64,000 bases of DNA from Candidatus Iainarchaeum sp. GTDB lineage: Archaea; Iainarchaeota; Iainarchaeia; Iainarchaeales; JAAZKV01. Where the stretch lies: NCBI GenBank assembly GCA_012799645.1, contig JAAZKV010000018.1:41519-105518 (forward strand). Direction: 5' to 3'. Each line of letters starts with the position of its first letter. Position 1 is the first letter of the stretch. The position numbers were made by a program, and so were the translations under genes. Positions 41,305-51,441 of this stretch are shown here, piece after piece. The notes beneath the pieces are model-generated. The model was not told the DNA's origin and ran no database searches. It saw only the letters and a list, made by a program, of their open reading frames with translations.

Positions 41305-41865
41305 TTATTTGTTTAATTGGAGTGAATAGTATGTTTCACCAAACTGGCGTTTTTTAGTGAATCCTAATTTTTCATAAATCGAGTTTCCTCCAATTGCTTG
41401 GAATTGTATTGTTTTCACTCCTGCTTTTTTCATTACATCAATTGCTTCTGCCATTATTTGTGTTGCATATCCTTTTCCTTCAAATCCTTTTCGTGTTTGT
41501 AACCACTTGCCTGTTGCGTAAAGTTTTCCTTTATGGCGGTTTAATTCAAAATTAACTCCACTTCTTACCCCGCCTTTACCCACTATTTCTACAATTAAAT
41601 TTTTTTCGAATGGTGTAAAAAAAGTTTTTTGTCTTAATCTTTCCCCATTTTGTGCAATTATTCTTCTTTCATTATAATATCTTAATTCGTTTGGATTAAC
41701 TCTTTTTGAACTAATTCCTCTTTGACTTAAAGGCCTCCCCCATTTTGCGCGTTTTTTTACTTCCACTACAAATGATGAAGCGCCCTTTAGTGATTTTCTT
41801 CTACTTTTAGTAAGAAGAGGTTTTGGTTTCCTCACAACATCCATATACCTAACAGACATAATCAT
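41305..41865 (-). CDS. GNAT-family acetyltransferase with a basic N-terminal extension
   Basis: GNAT motif A ...GKGYATQIMAEAIDVMKKAGVKTIQF... in the C-terminal half. The N-terminal ~60 aa are K/R-rich. Start overlaps the IPK stop (ATGA). Confidence 0.55.
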   Translation of the reverse strand: MIMSVRYMDVVRKPKPLLTKSRRKSLKGASSFVVEVKKRAKWGRPLSQRGISSKRVNPNELRYYNERRIIAQNGERLRQKTFFTPFEKNLIVEIVGKGGVRSGVNFELNRHKGKLYATGKWLQTRKGFEGKGYATQIMAEAIDVMKKAGVKTIQFQAIGGNSIYEKLGFTKKRQFGETYYSLQLNK

Positions 41866-42665
41866 AATTTGATTTTTGTTGAATTTAATTCTTTCCCTAA
41901 AAGTGCTTTTTTTAAATTTCCTGGAATTAGTAAATTAAATATTTGTGCTTCGTTCCCATTTAATTGTTCTGCTAGTTTTTCTAACTTTCCTTTCATTCCA
42001 CCAGTAACATCAATTGCTTTTGATTTATCCGCCATTTTTATTACCTCTTCAAGATTTTCTTTGTTTATTTCTTTTATGAGTTTTGCATTTTTTTCTATTT
42101 TTGGATCAGCAGTATATATTCCATCTACATCAGTGCCGAGAATTATTTTTTGTGGTTTCATTTGTTTTGTTATTTGTGCAATAGAAGTATCCCCACTCAT
42201 TACACTCCATTTTAGTGTTTTGTCTTTAACCATTGTTCCAGTGGTTATTGGTATTTCGCCCCTCTGCAATGCTTTTTCATAATCTTCTATTTCGTAAACA
42301 ATCACTTTTTTATTATCATGTTTGCAAACCCAATACCCTGGCAAGTGTCTTGTTTTTAGTTTTTGTTTTTCTAGAGCTTCAATTACTTTATCAGCTACAA
42401 AATCACAATCTTGAATTGTTTTTTCTACTCCTTTTTCTTGGTTTTTTGTTTTTATCCCATTATTCAAATCATATTTTTTTACATTCGTGTGTCCAAATGG
42501 CCCAACTCCACAAATTAGTATTAAATTAAATTCTTTTTCTTTTAGTGCTTGTGCAATTTCTTTTGCTGAATTGTTTAACACTTCTTCGTTCATTTCGAAT
42601 TTATTATCAGCTTTTTTTGTTATTGAAGATCCGCCAAGTTTTAGTAAAACTAGTTCTTTCATCAT
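41862..42665 (-). CDS. ipk: Isopentenyl phosphate kinase (amino-acid-kinase fold)
   Basis: LKLGGSSI, LILICGVGPFGH (normally HGGG(S/A)FGH), DVDGIYTADP, IDVTGGMKGK, and KALLGK. Located in the mevalonate-pathway cluster. Confidence 0.75.
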   Translation of the reverse strand: MMKELVLLKLGGSSITKKADNKFEMNEEVLNNSAKEIAQALKEKEFNLILICGVGPFGHTNVKKYDLNNGIKTKNQEKGVEKTIQDCDFVADKVIEALEKQKLKTRHLPGYWVCKHDNKKVIVYEIEDYEKALQRGEIPITTGTMVKDKTLKWSVMSGDTSIAQITKQMKPQKIILGTDVDGIYTADPKIEKNAKLIKEINKENLEEVIKMADKSKAIDVTGGMKGKLEKLAEQLNGNEAQIFNLLIPGNLKKALLGKELNSTKIKL

Positions 42666-42887
42666 TTCACCATCTTATTTAAAAAATAATTAATTAGCAT
42701 ATTGTCAAACTAACACATCAACCAACTAACATACCACACAACCAATACATTCACTCAACTAACACACCATCTAACCAACATATCCCCCAAATGATATATC
42801 TGACAACTTACATACTCACTTAACAATATTTTATTCACAATTTTATTAACGATTTTGTTCTCACATTATTTTTTGATGAGTGTTGTT

Positions 42888-43292
42888 TTATTCAATTATT
42901 ATTTTTGCTTTTGTTGCGCCCACTGTTATTTTTTGTCCATTTTTTATTTGACTAATATCAATTTTGTCTATGCAAGGTATTTCTGAAATTATTGCTCCTA
43001 CTGCCACTATTGTTTCGCATTCTTTATTTACTAGTGCTAATGGAGCAGTGTTTTGTTTTTTCATTCTGTAGAGTGCATAACTTCCAACTGTTGATCCTTT
43101 TCCTTGTGGAAATACAAGTATTTTGTCTTTTATTGATTGTCCTTCTAGTTCGTGTCCTTTTTCAGTAATTATTCCTGTTGCTGGATCTACTCCTCCGAAG
43201 AAACTTATTCCTTGTGTTGTTACTAGTGCTTCTCCTGATATTTTTCCGTTAGCAATTTTTCTCCCAATCATTTCTCGCATATTTTTCACCAC
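42888..43292 (-). CDS. Phosphomevalonate dehydratase small subunit (AcnX swivel domain, DUF126)
   Basis: [53 protein letters not shown]...APLALVN is the DUF126 signature. Confidence 0.7.
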   Translation of the reverse strand: MVKNMREMIGRKIANGKISGEALVTTQGISFFGGVDPATGIITEKGHELEGQSIKDKILVFPQGKGSTVGSYALYRMKKQNTAPLALVNKECETIVAVGAIISEIPCIDKIDISQIKNGQKITVGATKAKIIIE

Positions 43293-43444
43293 AATAATTT
43301 CAATATTTTTTATTTTTTTTATTTTATTATTTCATTATTTCAATTTTTTTTATTTCTTCTTGTTTATTTATTAATTTTTTGTTTAATTTTTTTCTAATTT
43401 TTTCAATTGTTTTATCACTATTTTATTTTTTTGTTTTTAAAATT

Positions 43445-44620
43445 TTATTCGCACGCTTCTTCCACTAATTTTTCTAATGGGAGTATTTTTGTTTTTGATT
43501 GATTTTTTGAATATGCATAGTAACATCCTTTTGCTGAATCTGTTGCTAAGCACTTAAATCTTCCTTTGATTGGTGCAACTACACAACAAGTGTCTGCCGC
43601 AAATTTTGCCCCTGCATTTTCTATTATTTTTGTGTAACCTGCACTGTCAGCTATTTTTTTTGTTGGTCTTGCTGTTGTTATCCAGAATTCTTTTGTGACT
43701 TTTTTTCCAGTTAATAGTTCTGCGAGTTTTGCTATTTCGTTTATGCTTGCGTGTGGACAACCAACGCTAATAAAATCAATTTCGCAATCATCCATTCTCA
43801 TTTCTTTTATTGCTTTTTCTATTTCGTTTTTTGTGATTATTATTTCTTCATTAGGGATTGGTGTTTTGTTTGGTGTTATTCCTTCCATATGAAATATTGC
43901 TGCACCGCCATAGGTCGCAATACTTGCTGAGAAAGATTTTAGTTCTTCTATTGTTGCTTTTTTTATTCCAGCAATATAAGTTGGTTTTGATTTTACTTTT
44001 TCCCCTATTACTTTTCCTAGTGCTCCGAATTCGTGTGTTCCTTTTATTTCGCATTCTACTTTTATTTTTATTTTTGCGTTTCTATTTTCGTCTAAGTGCA
44101 TTCCATATTCTGGTGTTTTTCCTGTTAGTGCGCTTGCGAGTGCACTTGGCCCTCCTTCTCGGTTTGTTTTTGCTCCCAGAACTGAATTTGCATAAGCCAC
44201 TGCACTGCTTTCACTCCACGCAATATTTTCTCCATAATGAGGATTGTTTCCTATTAAATATGGAGTGCAAGTACAGGTAGGTATTACTCCCATTTTTGTG
44301 AATGCTTCTATTACTAATTTTTGTTTTATTGCAAATTCTTCGCTTATTCCAAGAGTAGCATAATTTTCCATATCCATTCCTGCAGGGTTTAGAGTTGTTA
44401 GTACTTTTGTTTTTCCGTCTTTTGCCATTTCTGATAAAAACTCTAATCCTGCATCTCCTAAATTATCATAACTTACTCCCGCTATTTGTACGCTTGTGAC
44501 ATCTATTAGTTTTTTTGCTCCATAAATTTCTCCAAGAGCTACAAGTATTTCCATTGATTTTTTCACAGCATTTCCTTTTGCTCCATTGAGCATTTCTTTT
44601 TCTTGTTCTGTTAAATGCAT
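43445..44620 (-). CDS. Phosphomevalonate dehydratase large subunit (aconitase X catalytic domain, DUF521)
   Basis: MHLTEQEKEMLNGAKGNAVKKSMEILVALGEIYGAKKLIDVTSVQIAG... and TCTPYL Cys cluster typical of AcnX. Confidence 0.75.
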   Translation of the reverse strand: MHLTEQEKEMLNGAKGNAVKKSMEILVALGEIYGAKKLIDVTSVQIAGVSYDNLGDAGLEFLSEMAKDGKTKVLTTLNPAGMDMENYATLGISEEFAIKQKLVIEAFTKMGVIPTCTCTPYLIGNNPHYGENIAWSESSAVAYANSVLGAKTNREGGPSALASALTGKTPEYGMHLDENRNAKIKIKVECEIKGTHEFGALGKVIGEKVKSKPTYIAGIKKATIEELKSFSASIATYGGAAIFHMEGITPNKTPIPNEEIIITKNEIEKAIKEMRMDDCEIDFISVGCPHASINEIAKLAELLTGKKVTKEFWITTARPTKKIADSAGYTKIIENAGAKFAADTCCVVAPIKGRFKCLATDSAKGCYYAYSKNQSKTKILPLEKLVEEACE

Positions 44621-44649
44621 TTTTTCACCAACTTTATTTTTTATGGTTT

Positions 44650-45924
44650 TTATAAATATTCTTTTATGTTGTGTTTTGGGAATTCTGTTCGTGTCATTTT
44701 TTCTATTTTGTCTAGTTCCATTGTTAAATCAAACCCTGCTTTTGTTGTTTCTCTTGTTATTTGATTTGCACTCGGATCTAGTGATGATCCTTTTTGATTT
44801 TGGAATATGTAGAAATCTTTGTTTGCTTGAAATCGTGTGGCCATTGCCCATTCCACTTCTAGTGGATCGTAAATGTTTATGTCTTTGTCTACTATGAAGA
44901 AGTGTTTTCCGCTTGTATGTCCTTTCATTGCTGCCTCTATTGCTTTTTTTCCATCATCTTCATTTTTTTTATTTATTTTTACTATTACATGGAACCAACT
45001 TGATCCGCCCGGATTTACGCTCACATCAATTACATCCACGCCTGCTTTTTTTACGCAATCAAACACTGTTGGTTCTCTTGGCATTCCCATCAATATTTTG
45101 TGTTCAAATCCCCCTGGTAATAGTGCGTGATAAATGTAGTTTGGTCTTGCATAAATTTTTTCTACTGTGAATATTGGTTCTTGTCTTATAATATCATTTG
45201 TTCCTGTTAGATCCACGAATGGTCCTTCGGAATGTTTTTCGTTTAGTGATAGTGTTCCTTCCATTATTATTTCTGCATCCGCTGGTAATTCTGCTTCGAA
45301 TGTTTTTGCTTTTATTACATTGATTGGTTTTATTGAGTTCGCAATTTCTAGTTCGTTTACTCCTAGTGGTGGTGCCATCGCGGCAGCCAGTGCTGTTTCC
45401 CCACCTATTCCAATACAATATGCTGCTTTTAGTTCTCCGTTATTTTTTTTCAATAACTCCATTGTGTTTCTTTCAAGTATTCTTAAAGCGATTTTGTTTT
45501 TTCCAATTATCATTCCTCGGTGATAGCAAACATTTTGTCCAACACTTGGATCTTTTACTATTATTATTCCGCTTGATATGTATGGCCCCCCATCTTGTTT
45601 TGTGTGTGTTAGTATTGGTAGTTTTTCTAAATCAAGTCCTAGTTCTTCGTGATCTGTTTTTGGGATTAGTGTTGGTTTTGTTGGTGAATTTAAAGCATTG
45701 GTCATTATTGGGACAAGGTCTTTTACTTCACAACTCAAGTATTTTGCTACTTTTTCTTTTGATGCGAATACATTTGCAGCAATTTTGTTTTTTGTTTCTT
45801 TTATATTTTCAAACATTATACTTTTGTCGCTTGCAGAATAAATTATTCCACTCACTTCTAAGTTTTTTGAAACTGGTTTTGTAATCACAAAATCTGTTTT
45901 TGTTACAAAATCCCTAAAACTCAT
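44650..45924 (-). CDS. UbiD-family decarboxylase, probable trans-anhydromevalonate-5-phosphate decarboxylase
   Basis: 424-aa UbiD-like (prFMN-dependent) protein, located between the AcnX and UbiX genes. Confidence 0.7.
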   Translation of the reverse strand: MSFRDFVTKTDFVITKPVSKNLEVSGIIYSASDKSIMFENIKETKNKIAANVFASKEKVAKYLSCEVKDLVPIMTNALNSPTKPTLIPKTDHEELGLDLEKLPILTHTKQDGGPYISSGIIIVKDPSVGQNVCYHRGMIIGKNKIALRILERNTMELLKKNNGELKAAYCIGIGGETALAAAMAPPLGVNELEIANSIKPINVIKAKTFEAELPADAEIIMEGTLSLNEKHSEGPFVDLTGTNDIIRQEPIFTVEKIYARPNYIYHALLPGGFEHKILMGMPREPTVFDCVKKAGVDVIDVSVNPGGSSWFHVIVKINKKNEDDGKKAIEAAMKGHTSGKHFFIVDKDINIYDPLEVEWAMATRFQANKDFYIFQNQKGSSLDPSANQITRETTKAGFDLTMELDKIEKMTRTEFPKHNIKEYL

Positions 45925-46110
45925 AAAATCACCATTTTGTTTTTTTTTAAATTTAAATATTTTTTCTCATAATTTTTTATTTTAATTTTTTTATTTTATT
46001 TTTAAACAATTTATTTTTTTTATTTTGTTTGATTTTATTTTTAATTATTTTTATTTTGTTTTTTTAATTTATTTTTTATTTTCTATTTTCCTTTTTGTTT
46101 TTTATTTTTC

Positions 46111-46689
46111 CTATTGTTTTCTTTTGTGTTTTTTTTTATTTCCCCATCTAACAAATTTTGTATTAGGAACCCCTAATAAGTCTAACGCTTTTCCTATAAT
46201 GAAATTTTCCATGTCCAATATTTTTTTTGGTTTGTGGTAAAATGCTGGGCTTAGAGGAAATATTATTGCTCCATAGAGTGATAGTTTCCATAAATTTTCT
46301 AGTGTTGGTCCACTCAAAGGGGTTTCTCTCATTCCAATCACTAGTGGTTTTTTTGTTTTTAACATATTATCTGCGCAACGAGTAGTTAGGGTTGATGTGT
46401 GTGCGTGTAGTATTTCTGATATTGTTTTTATTGTTGATGGGATTATTATCATTCCGTCCACTAAAAATGAGCTTGAAGAGATGGTTGCGGCGAGATCTGT
46501 GTTTGAATAGTTTTTTGTTGCGAGTTTTTTTATTTCGCGAACAGGTATTTTTGTTTCTTCTTTTATTACTTCGTTTGCCCATTCACTAATAATTAGGTGT
46601 GTTTCTATTTTTTGTTTTTTTAGTTCTTTTAATAATGAAATTGCGTAATTTGCTCCACTAGCACCTGTAATTGCGACAATTATTTTCAT
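46111..46689 (-). CDS. ubiX: UbiX-like flavin prenyltransferase (prFMN synthase)
   Basis: MKIIVAITGASGANYAISLLKEL... flavoprotein fold. 192 aa. Confidence 0.85.
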   Translation of the reverse strand: MKIIVAITGASGANYAISLLKELKKQKIETHLIISEWANEVIKEETKIPVREIKKLATKNYSNTDLAATISSSSFLVDGMIIIPSTIKTISEILHAHTSTLTTRCADNMLKTKKPLVIGMRETPLSGPTLENLWKLSLYGAIIFPLSPAFYHKPKKILDMENFIIGKALDLLGVPNTKFVRWGNKKKHKRKQ

Positions 46690-46699
46690 AAAAATAATT

Positions 46700-47644
46700 T
46701 TAACTTATTTTTATTTTTATCGAGTTGTAGTTTTTTGTTGCGTACATTTCCATTAATTTGTTTTGTTGTGCTTCATTGTAGCATAGTATTAGTACGTTTC
46801 CGCCCATTCCTGCCCCTGTTATTTTTGCTCCGCGTGCATTTTCAAAAGTAGCGATTTTTATTATTTCATCAATTTCTTTTGTTGAAATGTTTAGTTCTTT
46901 TAGTAGTGCGTGGTTTTGGTTCATTAATTTTCCTATTTCTTCTACTCCACCATATTGGATTTCTTTTTTTGCTTTTGATACAATGTTTTTGTATTCTGAA
47001 AATAATTTATTGTATTTTTTTGGTTCTTTTTCTTTATTTTCTCTAACCATTGTTACTGCTTTTTTTGTGTCGTGTTTTATTCCTGTATCCACTAATAAGC
47101 ATAAGAGTGATTTTCCGCATTTGAATGGTCTGATTGTGTTTTCTCCACCTTTCATATTTTTTTCAAACCATATTACTGTTCCGTAAGTTGCGCAAGAGTT
47201 ATCTATTCCGCTTGGTGTTCCGTGTGTTATTTTTTCTGCTTTGTATGCTGCTTCGTTGATTTGGTTTTGTTTCCACCCTAATTCAAATATTTGATTTAGT
47301 GCTCCGGCCATTGCTACTGCGAGTGCTGCGGAGTATCCTAGTCCTCCTCCTGCTGGGAGATTTGCATTAATAATTATTTTTAGTCCTTCTAGTGTTACGA
47401 ATTCTTCTCCTTCAATTATTGCTTTTAGCATTTTTGATTTTATGTGTTCTGGTTGTTCTTTTAGCGTGAATTTTTCTTTGAAAACTTTATCATCAAAAAT
47501 TATGTCTTTTGTGTCTTTTAGTTCTTGAATTTCTACTTCAACATATTTATCTATTCCTGATGCTATTCCTGGTAATCCATATACAACAAAGTGTTCTCCG
47601 AATAGTATTACTTTTCCATATCCTTTTGCTTTTACACTCACCAT
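46700..47644 (-). CDS. mvk: Mevalonate kinase (GHMP kinase)
   Basis: KVILFGEHFVVYG and GHMP motif PAGGGLGYSAALAVAMAGAL. Confidence 0.85.
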   Translation of the reverse strand: MVSVKAKGYGKVILFGEHFVVYGLPGIASGIDKYVEVEIQELKDTKDIIFDDKVFKEKFTLKEQPEHIKSKMLKAIIEGEEFVTLEGLKIIINANLPAGGGLGYSAALAVAMAGALNQIFELGWKQNQINEAAYKAEKITHGTPSGIDNSCATYGTVIWFEKNMKGGENTIRPFKCGKSLLCLLVDTGIKHDTKKAVTMVRENKEKEPKKYNKLFSEYKNIVSKAKKEIQYGGVEEIGKLMNQNHALLKELNISTKEIDEIIKIATFENARGAKITGAGMGGNVLILCYNEAQQNKLMEMYATKNYNSIKIKIS

Positions 47645-47854
47645 AATTAGTACCTTCTATTTTGCACTATTTTGTGCTATTAGTGTTGTTATTGTTAGTA
47701 TTATTATTTAATTTAAAAATGTTTAAAAAAGTGACTTTGGAAAAAATAAACAAAAAAATTATTATTGGTAATATTTGGGATTAGTACTTGGAATTAACAT
47801 TTGGAATTAACATTTAGAATTTGGAGGAGAGTGTTTGAGTGTTTTGGAGCGTGT

Positions 47855-48253
47855 TTATAGTTTTGGAATGAATTTTGTTCCATAATGGATTATTCCTTTT
47901 TCTCCACTTTTGTAGAATTTTCTAAAAACTGCTTCCACTTCTGTTCCTATTTTTAGATCTTCGTATTTGCAATCAACTATTTGGGCGGTTATTTTTGCTC
48001 CTTCTTTTAGTTCAATTATTCCTACACAATATGGAGCCATTTCTGAAAATGATTCTGGGCCGGAGTGTATTTGAGTGAATGAAATTATTTTTCCTTCACC
48101 TGAAAAATCCATTTCGGAGAATTCTAGGTTTCCACAAATACACATTCCTTTTTTTTCAAAATAAGTTGTCCCACATTTTGTGCATTTGTGTCCGTGTAGT
48201 TTGTATCTGTCTCCGTAACTTCTCCATCTTATTATTGGGCTTTTTCTAAACAT
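47855..48253 (-). CDS. DUF35 OB-fold/zinc-ribbon protein (scaffold of the archaeal thiolase/HMGCS complex)
   Basis: CTKCGTTYFEKKGMCICG zinc ribbon followed by an OB fold. 132 aa. Confidence 0.8.
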   Translation of the reverse strand: MFRKSPIIRWRSYGDRYKLHGHKCTKCGTTYFEKKGMCICGNLEFSEMDFSGEGKIISFTQIHSGPESFSEMAPYCVGIIELKEGAKITAQIVDCKYEDLKIGTEVEAVFRKFYKSGEKGIIHYGTKFIPKL

Positions 48254-48407
48254 TTCATCACTCCAAATAATTTTTTAAACAATTTTTTAAAATCATTTTT
48301 TACGCCAAATACTTTACTCTTTTTTATTTTTTTATTTTATTTTTTATTTTTATTTTTTTTATTATTTTTTTTTATTGTTCTCCTTTAATTTTTTGTTGTT
48401 TTGTTTT

Positions 48408-48614
48408 TTAGTATTTCTTTTTGTATTCTCCTCTTTTTATTAATGGTTCTTCTTGTGCTTTTTGTTCTCTCCATTTTCTTGCTCGCAAATATAGTGGTTC
48501 GTTTTCTTCTTGTATTTCTTTTTCTTCTCGTGTTCTTCCCACTCTTATTACTTGTTCTTCTTCTTGTTTTGGTTTAAACATTGATTTTATTTTGTCTATT
48601 ATTCCCATACCCAT
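48408..48614 (-). CDS. Hypothetical 68-aa highly charged (KEKE-type) protein
   Basis: Short ORF between the DUF35 and thiolase genes on the same strand; no motif recognised. Confidence 0.3.
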   Translation of the reverse strand: MGMGIIDKIKSMFKPKQEEEQVIRVGRTREEKEIQEENEPLYLRARKWREQKAQEEPLIKRGEYKKKY

Positions 48615-48660
48615 CCTCCCCCCTTTATAAAAAATTTTTATAAAATTTTTTTTATAAAAA

Positions 48661-49815
48661 TCACTTCATTCTTTTGAATACGTGTATTACTGCGGTTGCT
48701 CCGCTTCCCCCCACATTGTGTGTTACTCCTATTGTTGCGTTTTTTACTTGTCTTTCTTTTGCTTCTCCTCTTAGTTGCATTGTTGCTTCTATTGCTTGTT
48801 TTACTCCTGTTGCTCCTACTGGGTGTCCGCACGCTTTTAGTCCTCCTGATGTGTTTATTGGTGTTTTTGCATCAAAGTAGGTTTGTTTTTCTTTGTATAG
48901 TTTTCCTGCTTCTCCTTGTTTTGCTAGTCCTAGTGCTTCTACTGCGTATATTTCTGCTATTGAGAAACAATCGTGTACTTCTGCGAAATTTATTTCTTTT
49001 GGAGTTATTTTTGCTTGTTTGTAAGCGTTTTGTGCCGCCATTTTTCCTGCACTTATTTCTAGTAATGATTTTCTTCTTGCGAGTGAGAGTGTGTCTGTTG
49101 CGAGTGCTGATCCTGTGATGTATACTTCGGTGTTCATTTTTTTTGCAATACTTTCGTTTGCTATTATTATTGTTGCTGCCCCATCTGTTATTGGTGAGCA
49201 ATCCATTAGTGTTAGTGGATCGGCTACCATTGTTGAGTTTATTACATCATCTATTGTTAGTTCGTTTTTGAATTGTGAGTAAGTGTTTCTTGCTCCATGG
49301 TAGTGGTTTTTTACTGATACTTCTGCAAGCACTTCTCTTGTTAAATCGTATTTGTCCATGTATGCGTTTGCTAGTAGGGCGTAAAGTCCAGGGAATGTTA
49401 GTCCGTTGAATCCTTCTAGTTCTTCATCTCCTGCCCCCATTAGTGCGGTTGTTACTTGGTCTGTGGAAACATCAGTCATTTTTTCTACTCCATTAACCAT
49501 CACTATGTTTGCTGCTCCGCTTTCTATTGCTGCTATTCCTTGTCTTAGCGCAATACTTCCACTTGCACACGCCCCCTCTACTCTTATTGATGGTTTGTCT
49601 AAATTCAAATTTTCGCTCGCCATTGCTCCTATGTGTAGTTGTCCTGATAATGAATCTCCGCACATATTTCCAGTGAAGATTGAATCAATTTGTTCAGGGG
49701 TTAATTTTGCATCATTTAGTGCTCTTAATTGTGAATCGAGTAATAATTCTCTTATTCCTCTATCCCAAATTTCACCAAACTTGGTAATCCCAATTCCTAA
49801 AACCCCAATCTTCAT
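48661..49815 (-). CDS. Acetyl-CoA C-acetyltransferase (archaeal thiolase)
   Basis: GACASGSIAL active-site Cys region; 384 aa thiolase fold. Confidence 0.85.
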   Translation of the reverse strand: MKIGVLGIGITKFGEIWDRGIRELLLDSQLRALNDAKLTPEQIDSIFTGNMCGDSLSGQLHIGAMASENLNLDKPSIRVEGACASGSIALRQGIAAIESGAANIVMVNGVEKMTDVSTDQVTTALMGAGDEELEGFNGLTFPGLYALLANAYMDKYDLTREVLAEVSVKNHYHGARNTYSQFKNELTIDDVINSTMVADPLTLMDCSPITDGAATIIIANESIAKKMNTEVYITGSALATDTLSLARRKSLLEISAGKMAAQNAYKQAKITPKEINFAEVHDCFSIAEIYAVEALGLAKQGEAGKLYKEKQTYFDAKTPINTSGGLKACGHPVGATGVKQAIEATMQLRGEAKERQVKNATIGVTHNVGGSGATAVIHVFKRMK

Positions 49816-49828
49816 TTTTTAATCACCT

Positions 49829-50869
49829 TTAATGTATTTGCTCCATGTGTGCTTCGTATTCTGGGTAAGTTAAGTATTCTTTTCTTTTTACATAATCTTC
49901 TGTTGTTTTTACTTTTGCTTTTTGTGCAGCGATTATTTTTTCTGTTGCAGTGAATATGAATGCATCTGATCCACTTCCTGATCCGTATGAAGTCACTAGT
50001 ATTTTGTCCCCTGGTTTTGCAATATCAAGCACGCAAGTTAGTCCTAATATTGATGATCCTGAATAAGTGTTCCCTATTTTTTTTACTATTAGTCCTGGTT
50101 CTATTTGTTCTTTTGTCACTCCAAATATTTTTGCTACTCTTAGTGGAAATTTTCCGTTCGGCATGTGAAACACTACATATTTGAAGTCACTGATTTTTGT
50201 GTTTGTTTTTTCTAAAATATTTTTTGTCGCCCCCACTACGTGTTTGAAGTATGCTGGTTCTCCTGTGAATCTTCCTGCGTGTGCTGGGTATGATTGTAAT
50301 GCTCTTCTCCAAAAATCAGGAGTGTCACTTGTAAATGAAAGTGTTGCATCAAGTGTTGCAACTGCTTCTTCGTTTGGCCCCATTAAAAATGCTGCTCCTC
50401 CTGCTGATGCGGAGTATTCTAGTGCATTTCCTGGTTCTGCTTGTGAAGTATCGGCCCCTATGCTTAACCCGTATTTTATCATTTTTGAGTCAACTAGTCC
50501 TGCGTTTATTTGAATTGTTCCACTTCCTGCTTTGCAAGCAAATTGTGTATCAAGTGCAGTGTAGTTGTTTCCAATATCTAGTGCTTCACCCACAATTGAT
50601 ACGGTTGGTTTTACTGCATAAGGGTGACTTTCACTTCCTACATAAATTGCCCCGATTTCTTTTCTATTAATGTTTGTTCTAAGAAGTGCGTTTCTTGCAG
50701 CGCTCACTGATATTGTTGCTGTGTCTTCGTCTTTTCCCGGAACAGATTTTTCCACCAACCCTAACCCGTTTTTTATTGAGTTAGGATTAGCATGTTGTAC
50801 TTTCGCTATTTCCTCAACAGTGATCCTGTATTTAGGAATGTACGCACCCCAACTAACTATTCCAGCCAT
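49829..50869 (-). CDS. hmgS: Hydroxymethylglutaryl-CoA synthase (archaeal type)
   Basis: GIVSWGAYIPKYRI...; FabH-like fold with ..CKAGS.. 346 aa. Confidence 0.85.
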   Translation of the reverse strand: MAGIVSWGAYIPKYRITVEEIAKVQHANPNSIKNGLGLVEKSVPGKDEDTATISVSAARNALLRTNINRKEIGAIYVGSESHPYAVKPTVSIVGEALDIGNNYTALDTQFACKAGSGTIQINAGLVDSKMIKYGLSIGADTSQAEPGNALEYSASAGGAAFLMGPNEEAVATLDATLSFTSDTPDFWRRALQSYPAHAGRFTGEPAYFKHVVGATKNILEKTNTKISDFKYVVFHMPNGKFPLRVAKIFGVTKEQIEPGLIVKKIGNTYSGSSILGLTCVLDIAKPGDKILVTSYGSGSGSDAFIFTATEKIIAAQKAKVKTTEDYVKRKEYLTYPEYEAHMEQIH

Positions 50870-51017
50870 TTTATCACTTTAATTTTTATTAATTTAATTT
50901 TTATAACTCACTTTACTAATTTACTTTCAATTTATTTTTTGTTGTTTCACAAAATTTTTAATTCAATAATTTTATTAATTTTCAATGCTTATAAAAATAT
51001 AACTAAATTTTTAAAAA

Positions 51018-51326
51018 TCAAAATTCGCACCACATTCGTACTAATTCTTTTGCTTTTGCCGGATTTTTTTTGTACACTTTTACAAAGTCCGCTAAATAAT
51101 GTTTATCAAATCTTTTTCTAACAAATTTGGATAATCTAACATATTCTGCGTTTGGTGCGCCACTTAATTTAGTTGCTTTTGCAACTTTTTTTCGAGCTGC
51201 TTTTTGTGCAATTTTTCTTTGAATTTTGCTTTTTTGTGCAGCACTAATCCGTGCTGTTTGTGCTCCCTTTGTGTTGCGACAAACTGGTTTTCTTCTTCCA
51301 ACATATCGAGACATTTTTTTCACCAA
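51018..51326 (-). CDS. Small lysine/arginine-rich protein of unknown function (paralog A)
   Basis: MVKKMSRYVGRRKPVCRNTKG...; pI clearly basic. Shares its N-terminal motif with the next ORF. The internal Met at 51312-51314 is a possible true start. Confidence 0.4.
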   Translation of the reverse strand: MVKKMSRYVGRRKPVCRNTKGAQTARISAAQKSKIQRKIAQKAARKKVAKATKLSGAPNAEYVRLSKFVRKRFDKHYLADFVKVYKKNPAKAKELVRMWCEF

Positions 51327-51441
51327 AAATTATTTTTAATATTTTTTTCAAAGTGTTCAATTGAGTTGCAATTTTTGCAATGGTTCGTATTGCTTTTCTG
51401 CAACCCTCTCTTGAACCTCTTTTTTTTGAACTTTACTTTTT

